Origin: Flavobacteriaceae bacterium
GTDB lineage: Bacteria > Bacteroidota > Bacteroidia > Flavobacteriales > Flavobacteriaceae
DNA length: 32,000 bases
NCBI GenBank assembly: GCA_965224465.1
Contig: OZ245049.1
Span: forward strand, 3,690,001-3,722,000
Reading direction: 5' to 3'
Made by a program: the position numbers and the translations under genes
In this document: positions 23,981 to 32,000 of the stretch, one piece after another
Numbering within the stretch: the stretch's first letter is position 1
Layout of the letters: each line of letters starts with the position of its first letter
The notes under the pieces: model-generated
Told to the model about the DNA's origin: nothing
The model's database searches: none
What the model saw: only the letters and a program-made list of their open reading frames with translations

Positions 23981-25183
23981 ATGGTTACGGAAGAAGTAAT
24001 AAAATACCAAGAGGAAGGAGCAAAATTAGTTGATAGTAAATACACCGTAGTTGTATCAGGTTCAGGCGTGGTGAATGAAGAAAGACCAGTATTTAAAGCA
24101 TTATTACCAGGTATTAGATTGCATTTTCTTAGATATGGTTTGTTTGATAGAAACAAGGATAACGTAAGTTCGATTCGTATTAAAGATGATACGGACGAAA
24201 AATACACAGCATCAGATACTGATGTGTCCAATGGCGACCTACAAACCACCAAAGACTTTAGAGTAATGGCTACGCTACTTAAGAAAGGATATGTATATAT
24301 TATTAATGCGGAAAATAAAAATGACTATCATGAATTAAAAGTTGGTGAATTTGGAATGCTTTACCCTATAATTTGGAATACTAAAAATTTAGAAAGTGAT
24401 GGTAGAACCCCTAAAGACTTTAGAGAGATTAATGGTGAAAAATCACATTACAAACTCATTTCTAAAACAAAAAAAGAAGGTGGTAAAAAATATTGGATAG
24501 GCTACAGCCCTGTGCAATGGTCGTACGAATTACATAAAAAAATGCTCGCTGCATCTGATGAAGATAAAAAGCAGAAGCACATGATTTTAGTAGAATGTAA
24601 AGGTATAAAAAAAGGAGAGGAAGAAGCCAATGAATATATTTTACCTTACAATAAAATAAATATAGCCTTTTATGAAGGCGAAGACACAGATAGTTTAGTA
24701 AGAAAAACGTTAAATCAAATATTTGCCACTGAAAAAAAAGAAGAAAAACGTGGTAATAATGAGCTTCTTGAAGATATGTTTATTACTCTGCATGATCCTG
24801 TAGGCTGCCTTCATGATGTTGGAGGTGTTTTAAGTGAAAAAACTGTAGAGTTTAGAGCTTTGGTAGAAGCTATTCAATCTGGAGAAACAGAGATTGAAGC
24901 CAGAAGAAGATATGCCAAAACTCCTCCTGAATTTGCTCCTAACCCTAGTGATAATTACAAAAACATGTTCTCACTGGCTCTGGCTAGCTATAAAATGGTG
25001 TATAGTAGTAAAGAAAATACTCAAAAATTTGATGGTGCTGAGGTAGGGTATAATTTAACAAAACGTAATCAAACTAATTTTCCATATCAACCAAATTCTA
25101 GCGCTTCGTATGAGTTTACTATTAATTCTTTCTCAAAAAGTGATTATGGAGTGATAATTAAAAAAAAACTAATAATTACGTAG
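23981..25183 (+). CDS. N-terminal part (MIX-like region) of a frameshift-split large membrane effector
   Basis: LLPGIR, LKKGYVYII (24278-24304), IGYSPVQWS (24497-24523) and LHDPVG parallel the cassette-A effector. The ORF ends 4 codons after an A9 run. Confidence 0.65.
   Translation: MVTEEVIKYQEEGAKLVDSKYTVVVSGSGVVNEERPVFKALLPGIRLHFLRYGLFDRNKDNVSSIRIKDDTDEKYTASDTDVSNGDLQTTKDFRVMATLLKKGYVYIINAENKNDYHELKVGEFGMLYPIIWNTKNLESDGRTPKDFREINGEKSHYKLISKTKKEGGKKYWIGYSPVQWSYELHKKMLAASDEDKKQKHMILVECKGIKKGEEEANEYILPYNKINIAFYEGEDTDSLVRKTLNQIFATEKKEEKRGNNELLEDMFITLHDPVGCLHDVGGVLSEKTVEFRALVEAIQSGETEIEARRRYAKTPPEFAPNPSDNYKNMFSLALASYKMVYSSKENTQKFDGAEVGYNLTKRNQTNFPYQPNSSASYEFTINSFSKSDYGVIIKKKLIIT
25160..25168 (+). 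repeat. A9 homopolymer at the frameshift between the two effector ORFs
   Basis: att aaa aaa aaa cta ata att acg tag in the upstream frame. The downstream frame is open from 25162 (taa aaa aaa act aat aat tac gta ...). Confidence 0.9.
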
Positions 25184-25206
25184 CTAATGAGCATATTGGT
25201 AGTGGG

Positions 25207-27333
25207 TTGCACCGTTTAAAAGTAGAGGGAATATTAGGTGTGCACCCACGAAGAAAAAAGAGAGCCCAGTTAATTAAATATCGTGACATAGTAGGTGAAT
25301 TTATACAATCAGACTATTTAAAGAAGGGATTGGCCTTTTATTCTGAAAATTGTTCTGCTTACAAAATTTTTGGTATTGAAGAATTGTATAAATATATTTT
25401 ACTTTTATATACAAATCCGTATGGTATTGACCGTCATTTACTTTTAAACAAAAAAAATGATCTTGAAAAAGACGTTTATTATAGCAGTGACCAGTGGATT
25501 GATTGGATAAATAAACAAAAAAAATTAAAAACTCCAAACAATCCCAATGACCCTTTAGACGTCTTATTGGTTCACGAAATTTCTATTGGTCAAAAATTAT
25601 TAAATAAAAAGGTAGAATTATCTAATAAATTAGCCGCTGTTTTTTCTGCGAAATTAACACTGCACTCATTAAGCGAGGATTTTTTTAAATCAAAAAAAAT
25701 TACAAAGGCTATCACAGGAAAAACAAACTACCAAAAAATTATTAATGAAGGCTATACTGAAATGATAGACCAGCTAAATAAAATTACGGTAATTACAAAA
25801 AAAGGAGGTATACCTGAAAAAGTGTTTAGTTTTGGCAATACTCACGCAATAGAAATAAATGCAAAAGTATTAGGTGTAGATTTTGATCCTACTGTAGATG
25901 TTATTATAAAAGGTCCTGATGGGAAAAATATAAAAGAATTTACTACGGATTTAATAAAACACAATAAATTAAATGGAAATAAAGCCACTGTTGCTGGTGG
26001 TGCACATGTGTTAGAAGTTGGTGACAATGTAGAAAACATAAGCAAATATGAATATGTAAGAAATAAAATTAATAAAAACGGAGCCAAACGCTTTAATCAA
26101 AAAGCATATAATGCTTTAAATTCTCGTGGATTTACAGTTTTTTTAGCGGGTTTAGAAGTGATTAATTTTTACTATGCAACTTTGGGGCTGTATGAATCAA
26201 TACGAAAGGAGGAGTCAATACTAGTTAGAGCTAAAGAAGTTATTAACACGGCCGGAATTGGAGCCGAACTAGTAGAAGCTTCCTTCCGAGTACAAAAAGC
26301 ACATTATATTGCAATAGGGAAAGAACTTGCAAAAGATGTTGCTAATAAGCTTTCAAATAAAATTGTAATAGCAGGTGCTATTGGTGGTATTATTACTGCT
26401 GGTATGTGTATTACAGACGCTGTTATAGCCTTTAATAAACGTGATGTTGATGCCAGTATTGCTTGGGGATTGGCAGGTGTTGCTTTTACAGTAAGTACTG
26501 CGGCAGGTATTTGGGGAGGAACTGTTTTTTTATTATCAGGGCCTGTAGGTTGGATTGCCTTAGGAATTGGTTTAATAGGAGTGGTTTCAGCAAATATTTT
26601 TATAGACACAGACTTGGAATTCTATTTTAAACACTTTTTATTATCCGATCATAAAAAATTACCTATTGGTAATAACAGTCCTATGGCATACAACCGTCTT
26701 GTTTATAAAAGTATTGAGACTTTAGTAGAGAGTGAGGATGAAGACATTAAAAATAGCCTAATGTATCCTGAAGATGCTATTGCTAGTTTACACGATCTTA
26801 CGGTATGTACCAGCATTAATTACTATGTAGAAAACATGAAAATGAAATTTGCAGGCAGACGAGGTAGAAGTACTGGTTATTATGTAAGTAGTTTTGGTAT
26901 TACTATGAATTTTAATCATTTTTTATACGATGTAAATCAATTAGAAGTAAAAGGTATGATAGTGCGTCATACCTGGGTTAATAGTATTGGAAGTAATGCC
27001 GAAGAATTTAATTTAATATTAAAAGATGCCAAAATAGTAAGCCTGAAAAACGGACAACAACAACTTTTAGTAATTGTAGCAATACCTTACGAAAAAAGAA
27101 AATTAATAAAAGACGATAAAGATTTAGAAATGGTACTAGCCATACGTGTAAGAATTAATAAAGAGAAAAACCATTACTTTCCTTACAGACTACTAGACAA
27201 ACCTGAACGCTATATTGGTGCTAAATTTAAGTTATATAAAAACATATACACTAATTCAGGGGAAAATAACACAGATAATCAAAATTTAGTTTTTGATACC
27301 TTAGCGAACTTAAAACTTGATAAAACATGGTAG
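25207..27333 (+). CDS. C-terminal part of the split effector: middle region, three glycine-zipper TM helices, beta-rich C-terminal domain
   Basis: No ATG start (TTG at 25207). LHRLKVEGILGVHPRRKKRAQLIKYRDIVGEFIQSDYLKKGL aligns with IDVKRLDKVLAVEDRLVIKKKIAKGRAFLVNFVDSDYYGKIL, which lies in the middle of the single-ORF paralog. TM segments are IAGAIGGIITAGMCITDAVIAF, GLAGVAFTVSTAAGIWGGTVFLL and GWIALGIGLIGVVSANIFI. Confidence 0.65.
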   Translation: MHRLKVEGILGVHPRRKKRAQLIKYRDIVGEFIQSDYLKKGLAFYSENCSAYKIFGIEELYKYILLLYTNPYGIDRHLLLNKKNDLEKDVYYSSDQWIDWINKQKKLKTPNNPNDPLDVLLVHEISIGQKLLNKKVELSNKLAAVFSAKLTLHSLSEDFFKSKKITKAITGKTNYQKIINEGYTEMIDQLNKITVITKKGGIPEKVFSFGNTHAIEINAKVLGVDFDPTVDVIIKGPDGKNIKEFTTDLIKHNKLNGNKATVAGGAHVLEVGDNVENISKYEYVRNKINKNGAKRFNQKAYNALNSRGFTVFLAGLEVINFYYATLGLYESIRKEESILVRAKEVINTAGIGAELVEASFRVQKAHYIAIGKELAKDVANKLSNKIVIAGAIGGIITAGMCITDAVIAFNKRDVDASIAWGLAGVAFTVSTAAGIWGGTVFLLSGPVGWIALGIGLIGVVSANIFIDTDLEFYFKHFLLSDHKKLPIGNNSPMAYNRLVYKSIETLVESEDEDIKNSLMYPEDAIASLHDLTVCTSINYYVENMKMKFAGRRGRSTGYYVSSFGITMNFNHFLYDVNQLEVKGMIVRHTWVNSIGSNAEEFNLILKDAKIVSLKNGQQQLLVIVAIPYEKRKLIKDDKDLEMVLAIRVRINKEKNHYFPYRLLDKPERYIGAKFKLYKNIYTNSGENNTDNQNLVFDTLANLKLDKTW

Positions 27334-28115
27334 ATGCGACTTTTAATTATACACGTAAAGTAACCCATACCCAATATAAACATGGCGATAAAGAAACCAA
27401 AAAAGGAGGATTTAGCAGAATGTTACCTATGCGTATAACAGATGACAAGCAAATTGTAAGAAAAAGTGATGTAGGTACTAAAGGGGGCTATCCCTTTGCT
27501 ACTGATGTTTTTTTAAAATGTCCTATCAATCCTAAGATAATGCCATTATGGTTGGGTAGCCTATTTTTATTTTTATTTTTATTTTTTATTTATCTATATC
27601 TTACACCAAGTGACAAAGACAATGGCGATTATATATTATTTTATTTAATAACTTTTCTTTCTTTTCTAGGATTTTTGTTTTTTGCAACCTATTATTTTAC
27701 GATGCCAACAAAAGAGCTTATTTTTAATAGAGCGGACGGTTTGGTTACTTTTCCTGGGTTTATGTGGCATAAAAACATAACAATGCCTATACATAAAATG
27801 ATGTTTTCTATGTCATCGCCTAGTACGCAAGGAGGAGGCGCTTATATGTTGCAAATTGTACGACCAGACAGAACGTATTCCTTGTATTTGTGTTCCTATG
27901 GGCTTAGTTGTTATGAAGATTTATCATTCTTTTTATGGTATATGGATAAGAACAGACCATTACCTACGGGGGAAGGTTTTGATCCGTGTCGTTTACAAGA
28001 TTATGAACGTAGAAAATCTGAGGGTTTCCCTAAGCCATTATTTCCTTGTAGTTTTGAAACTCCAGAAGCTACGCTTGAACAACAGGCAGAACGTGAGCGT
28101 ATTGGCGGTTGGTAA
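27327..28115 (+). CDS. 2-TM WYMDKNRPLP-family membrane protein (262 aa), candidate immunity
   Basis: ATGGTAG overlap with the effector stop. Two helices, then FNRADGLVTFPGFMW and LWYMDKNRPLPTGEGFDPCRLQDYERRKSEGFPKPLF. Confidence 0.65.
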   Translation: MVDATFNYTRKVTHTQYKHGDKETKKGGFSRMLPMRITDDKQIVRKSDVGTKGGYPFATDVFLKCPINPKIMPLWLGSLFLFLFLFFIYLYLTPSDKDNGDYILFYLITFLSFLGFLFFATYYFTMPTKELIFNRADGLVTFPGFMWHKNITMPIHKMMFSMSSPSTQGGGAYMLQIVRPDRTYSLYLCSYGLSCYEDLSFFLWYMDKNRPLPTGEGFDPCRLQDYERRKSEGFPKPLFPCSFETPEATLEQQAERERIGGW

Positions 28116-28142
28116 AAGTTGATAGCGCAAAGCAATGCATTC

Positions 28143-28163
28143 GCGCGGATTTAAAATCCGCGC
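28143..28163 (+). promoter_or_regulatory. Conserved GC-rich junction hairpin
   Basis: gcgcggattt-a-aaatccgcgc, 10 nt upstream of the GTG of the hydrolase effector. Confidence 0.4.
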
Positions 28164-28173
28164 CAGTAACTGA

Positions 28174-30891
28174 GTGTCTGCTAGGAATGTTTTGCGGAAA
28201 GGTTTACGGAAAAAGGTGATTTATGTATCATTAGAAAATACAGATGATGTTTTTGAGTTTTTAAGTAATGAAAAAGAAGAACAATATTTTACAAATATTA
28301 TAGCAGGGACAAAATTAAAAACAAGCCTATCTTACAAAGTAGATATTAAAGCAAATACACCCATAAAAGTACTTAAAATTAAAGGAGATTATGCACAAAT
28401 AAAAGTAACATCTATTACTGCAACCTTAGTTAGAGATACCGATATTAATGATAACGTAAAACCATTTAATAGCAATAAACTTTATACTATCAAAAATCTT
28501 ACTACGGTTAATAAAGCATTTAATGGTCTTGCAACTAAAGATGCCACATTCAATACAAAACAAGTAAAAGCACCAAGAAATTGGAGAACAAATTTAAACA
28601 GAACTGTTACCTTTTACCCAAATGGCTATGGTAAAGTGTTTTGGGTAGAAAAAACATTTATTTCCAAAATAACAGAAAAAACCAAAAAAAAAGCAGGTAT
28701 ATTTGTCTCAATTACTCCTGACTATTTTTTAACAGAAGAACAAAAATACGATACAGTTGAAAGAGAAGCCAAAACAGGAGAAAAAACTACATTATATGTA
28801 GATGTATGTAAGGCATATATCGAAGTCCCTTTTAGAACCGATGTAGAAGAAGTAACTGTAGAAAAAGAAAAAGTAGTTGACTTACGTAAATTTAAAAAAG
28901 CAAAAGACGATAAAAAAGACCTTTGGTATAAAGTAGTATTAGATGATACAACTAGTAGCCAATGTGTAGCAGTAAAAGGCTGGGTAAAAGAAAAGGATCT
29001 TGACAAATTTAGCGCTTACGATTGGCAAAAATTTGGTTTTAAAGATCTAGACGCAGGTAATGAATACATATACTCTGTAAAAGACTTACGTGAGGCAACA
29101 GATAGTGCCGCTTTTGTAACCGAAATTTGGGATAAAACAATAGATACAGATGGCAATAAAGTATTAGATATACTAGAGCTTATTAGAGCCTTTAGTAAAC
29201 CAGAAATAGCACAAAAACTATCTCGTTTGGTATGTAAGCACAAAAATGAATGGTCTTATACTATGGACGAGATAAAACCAGAAGTAAAAGAACTCTATGA
29301 TTTTGGTATACAATTAGAAGAAGTTACAGCCGAAAAACAAAAACTAGAAACCGAAAGGGATGATAGTTTAGCCAAAATGGAAACCAAAATAGAAAATTTA
29401 ATGTGGTGGGATGAGGCAAGTAAAAAAACCTACACAGCACCCATAAAAGAAGAAGATAAAACAAAAACGAGTAGCACCAAAAGACCTTCTATGTTGCCAG
29501 AAGGTACAGTGGTAGAAGAAAAACCACAAAAAGATGTTGTACCTTTAAACGATAAAACAACAGCAGTTAAACCAGATGCTAAACCAACGGAAGATAGTAT
29601 ACCAACGACAAGTACAACCGCTGCTCCAGTACCAGAAACTAAAGTAGAAGAAAAAGAAGTACCGCCAAAACGTATGTTTCCAAGTACAGATATAGTACAT
29701 CACTTTCATCCAATTGCTTGGGTGGAGCAGATGAGGTTGGTATTTGGGGAAGGTGGTGAAATTTCTGAAATCTGTTATGCAGAAGCAAGAGTTAAGGCAT
29801 TTATGAGAATGTTGCGTATTGGGGAAGGATCTGTTGGTGAAAAAGGTTATTATACTTCTTATGGAGGTCGAACGATGACTAATTTAAGTACTCGTCAAGA
29901 AACTGTATATGAGGGCTCTAGTGCTTCAGGAGGGTGCCAATTTATAAATAAAACTTATTGGGGAATGCAAGGGTTTACAGTTGTGAAAAATAAAAAAGTA
30001 GGAGACGCTGATCCTAAAAAAGACCTTATAACAAGATATAAAATACCAGATTACGAACCATTATCTCAAGATAAGTTGTGTATTATCTATATGAAACATT
30101 ACGGAAAAGGGCTAATAGAGTTACTTGCTGAAGGGCAAATAGAAAAAGCTATTAGAACAAAAGCGAGTAAAATTTGGGCTAGTTTACCTAATGAAGGTAT
30201 ACCTTTCGAACATAAAAAAAGTAGATACCTAATGCCAGATGGTCTTAGGTATCAACCAGCAGAACATATGAGTGATAGCTGTTTGATGAATTACCGTAAG
30301 TTTTATAGAGAAGAAGTAAAAGGCATAACTGACTTATATTTACAACCAGGTTTTTTAAAAGAGTTTGGTTTTAATTGTTGTAAAGATGATGATACTTTAT
30401 CTAATAATGAGGGTGGGTGGCCTGTTAGGAAATCTCATAATGGTCATAAAAGAAGATTTGGAAGTCCTTTTGGACCTAGAAATGGAGGTCAACATCGTGG
30501 AATTGATATGAATTTTGGTTCTGGATATGATGATTATGGTGCGCCTGTAATAGCTACACATGATGGCGTTGTGAGAAAAGCACAAGAAAATGATGATAAA
30601 ACTGAAGGAGCAGGAAGAAGAGTAACGATACAGTCTGAAGATGGGACTTTTCAAACAAAATATTTTCATTTAAGTGTTTTTTTAGTAGATATAGGAGATA
30701 AAGTAAAAAAGGGACAAATTATTGGTGAAATAGGCTCTTCTGCTTTTGCTAAAGAAAATGGAACTGATTGTCACTTGCATTATGAAATACATAAAAAAAA
30801 TTCAGCAGGAAAAATGGAGCATTATAATCCTACCGAAGGGAAAGCTAACACAGGAGAAAACATAGTAGATCCACAAACTTGGATTAAATAA
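28174..30891 (+). CDS. Intact polymorphic cell-wall-hydrolase effector (905 aa): SH3b-like/EF-hand-like N-terminal region, Pro/Thr/Lys linker, FHPIAWVEQMR junction, GH104/lambda-lysozyme-like domain, M23 metallopeptidase domain
   Basis: The GH104-like block is MLRIGEGSVGEKGYYTSYGG...SSASGGCQF...PLSQDKLCIIYM...WASLPNEG. M23 motifs are HRGIDMNF (HxxxD), ...ATHDGVV..., GQIIGEIGSS and CHLHYEIH (HxH). There is no ATG in the first 364 codons. Start candidates are GTG 28174, TTG 28192 and GTG 28213. Confidence 0.8.
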   Translation: MSARNVLRKGLRKKVIYVSLENTDDVFEFLSNEKEEQYFTNIIAGTKLKTSLSYKVDIKANTPIKVLKIKGDYAQIKVTSITATLVRDTDINDNVKPFNSNKLYTIKNLTTVNKAFNGLATKDATFNTKQVKAPRNWRTNLNRTVTFYPNGYGKVFWVEKTFISKITEKTKKKAGIFVSITPDYFLTEEQKYDTVEREAKTGEKTTLYVDVCKAYIEVPFRTDVEEVTVEKEKVVDLRKFKKAKDDKKDLWYKVVLDDTTSSQCVAVKGWVKEKDLDKFSAYDWQKFGFKDLDAGNEYIYSVKDLREATDSAAFVTEIWDKTIDTDGNKVLDILELIRAFSKPEIAQKLSRLVCKHKNEWSYTMDEIKPEVKELYDFGIQLEEVTAEKQKLETERDDSLAKMETKIENLMWWDEASKKTYTAPIKEEDKTKTSSTKRPSMLPEGTVVEEKPQKDVVPLNDKTTAVKPDAKPTEDSIPTTSTTAAPVPETKVEEKEVPPKRMFPSTDIVHHFHPIAWVEQMRLVFGEGGEISEICYAEARVKAFMRMLRIGEGSVGEKGYYTSYGGRTMTNLSTRQETVYEGSSASGGCQFINKTYWGMQGFTVVKNKKVGDADPKKDLITRYKIPDYEPLSQDKLCIIYMKHYGKGLIELLAEGQIEKAIRTKASKIWASLPNEGIPFEHKKSRYLMPDGLRYQPAEHMSDSCLMNYRKFYREEVKGITDLYLQPGFLKEFGFNCCKDDDTLSNNEGGWPVRKSHNGHKRRFGSPFGPRNGGQHRGIDMNFGSGYDDYGAPVIATHDGVVRKAQENDDKTEGAGRRVTIQSEDGTFQTKYFHLSVFLVDIGDKVKKGQIIGEIGSSAFAKENGTDCHLHYEIHKKNSAGKMEHYNPTEGKANTGENIVDPQTWIK

Positions 30892-30920
30892 AAACAATAA
30901 TAAAATCTAAATTAAAAATC

Positions 30921-31847
30921 ATGTCTATTTTTATAAATCGAACTATTATAATTTGCACAATTATATGTTTATTTTCTTGTAAAATTAATGAGAAAGAAAA
31001 AAATGAAGGTGTCAAAATTCAATCAGATTTACAAACATCTTCTAAAGTTACTTCAGAAAAAAAAACTAATACAGAATTTGTAACATACCTGTATTCAAAG
31101 AGAAAGTCGGATGGGGAAGGTGAAGAACACACAATGCAAGAATTAAAAATACAATGGAATGATAGTCTTAATATAAAATTTAAGATAGTCATGAAAAACC
31201 TGATGTGTGAAATGAAAGATAAAGGAGAAGCTTCACTAATAGGAAAAAACACTTATCAAGTAAAAAATAATTCAGTTATAAAACAATTAAAATTTGATAA
31301 TAATAAGAATGAAGTAGAGTTAGTTTGTAGCTATGGTAAGTATCAAGGTGAATGTGATCCTATGCAGCAATTGTTAATGACAACAACTTCTTTTACTGGT
31401 AAAAGTGAGTTGAGAAAAGATTTTTTGGAAAAGGAAGAAGCTATTACATATGAAACTATTTATGAGCTTAAAAAGAGGAAGTTTTCAACAGATTGTTCAA
31501 GTGATGATTATGTTTTCTTTTTAGTTGCTGGACAGTTTATAACAAAAAATATTTTTTTTAATTCACGACTTAAAAAAATTAATGAGACAGAGTATTATAT
31601 TTATTTTTCGCCACCATTATTAGCCCCTGTACCAAGTAGTTTAAATGATGCCGCTTCTTTTTCTTTGAGTAAACCAATAGGTAAGATTGTTAATAATACA
31701 GAAGGTCAAATACAGTTTGAATGGTATGGTTTTTATAATAGAAAAACAAAAAAAAGAGAGTTTAAGCAAAACCCTTTTACAAATAAAATAGAGAATGGTT
31801 CTATTGTTTTAAAATGGTGTGATATAGGTAATGTCGATGGTTTTTAA
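30921..31847 (+). CDS. Lipoprotein (308 aa), candidate cognate immunity protein
   Basis: MSIFINRTIIICTIICLFSCKINEKE lipobox. Immediately downstream of the hydrolase effector. Confidence 0.5.
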   Translation: MSIFINRTIIICTIICLFSCKINEKEKNEGVKIQSDLQTSSKVTSEKKTNTEFVTYLYSKRKSDGEGEEHTMQELKIQWNDSLNIKFKIVMKNLMCEMKDKGEASLIGKNTYQVKNNSVIKQLKFDNNKNEVELVCSYGKYQGECDPMQQLLMTTTSFTGKSELRKDFLEKEEAITYETIYELKKRKFSTDCSSDDYVFFLVAGQFITKNIFFNSRLKKINETEYYIYFSPPLLAPVPSSLNDAASFSLSKPIGKIVNNTEGQIQFEWYGFYNRKTKKREFKQNPFTNKIENGSIVLKWCDIGNVDGF

Positions 31848-31933
31848 TCCCCGATCCCGCCAGTTCAATGTTATTAAGTTAAGAATTTAATCATTTAAAA
31901 ATTAGTATTTTAAATTTACTTTAATCAAGTATA

Positions 31934-32000
31934 CAGAAATAGCACAAAAACTATCTCGTTTGGTATGTAAGCACAAAAATGAATGGTCTTATACTATGGA
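31934..32000 (+). pseudogene. Start of a further orphan effector module (continues beyond the window)
   Basis: cagaaatagcacaaaaactatctcgtttggtatgtaagcacaaaaatgaatggtcttatactatgga is essentially identical to 29204-29270 (PEIAQKLSRLVCKHKNEWSYTMD). No upstream N-terminal region is present. Confidence 0.75.

Noticed and set aside
30397-30669. Minus-strand 90-aa ORF inside the M23 domain region, and 31019-31252 inside the lipoprotein gene
   Set aside because: They are antisense to ORFs that carry clear M23 motifs or a lipobox, and they have no features of their own.

Overview
AT-rich accessory region that looks Bacteroidota/Flavobacteriia-like, judged from Bacteroidetes-type Hcp/TssD sequences, LFSC lipoboxes and the absence of Shine-Dalgarno signals. 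It is organised around two paralogous type VI secretion (T6SS-iii style) spike/tube cassettes, hcp-hcp-vgrG-PAAR, at 1-3668 and 20284-23969. No T6SS core, sheath or baseplate genes are in the window, so both are auxiliary cassettes.

Each cassette is followed by:
- a very large effector whose N-terminus carries a MIX-like motif set (LRPGFLYVI ... FAYSEIQWS) and whose C-terminus has glycine-zipper transmembrane (TM) helices;
- a translationally overlapping 2-TM membrane protein from a four-member family with an invariant WYMDKNRPLP motif (candidate immunity);
- a conserved GC-rich hairpin plus non-ATG leader;
- a polymorphic cell-wall-hydrolase effector locus with lipoprotein immunity genes.

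The 12.5 kb between the cassettes (7.5-20.1 kb) is an array of decayed and orphan toxin/immunity modules. It contains an intact IS66-family element with an 8-bp target site duplication (TSD) inside an effector gene, a second IS66 remnant, three different peptidoglycan-hydrolase tails behind one shared junction motif (FHPIAWVEQMR), and a near-identical orphan copy of the membrane-toxin tail with its immunity gene.

Other notable points:
- a 753-bp perfectly identical tract across vgrG/PAAR, suggesting gene conversion;
- an A9 homopolymer that splits the cassette-B effector;
- loss of the ATG start of the cassette-A effector;
- MITE-like palindromic repeats between the hcp genes.

All functional calls rest on motifs read by eye. 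No database search was possible.
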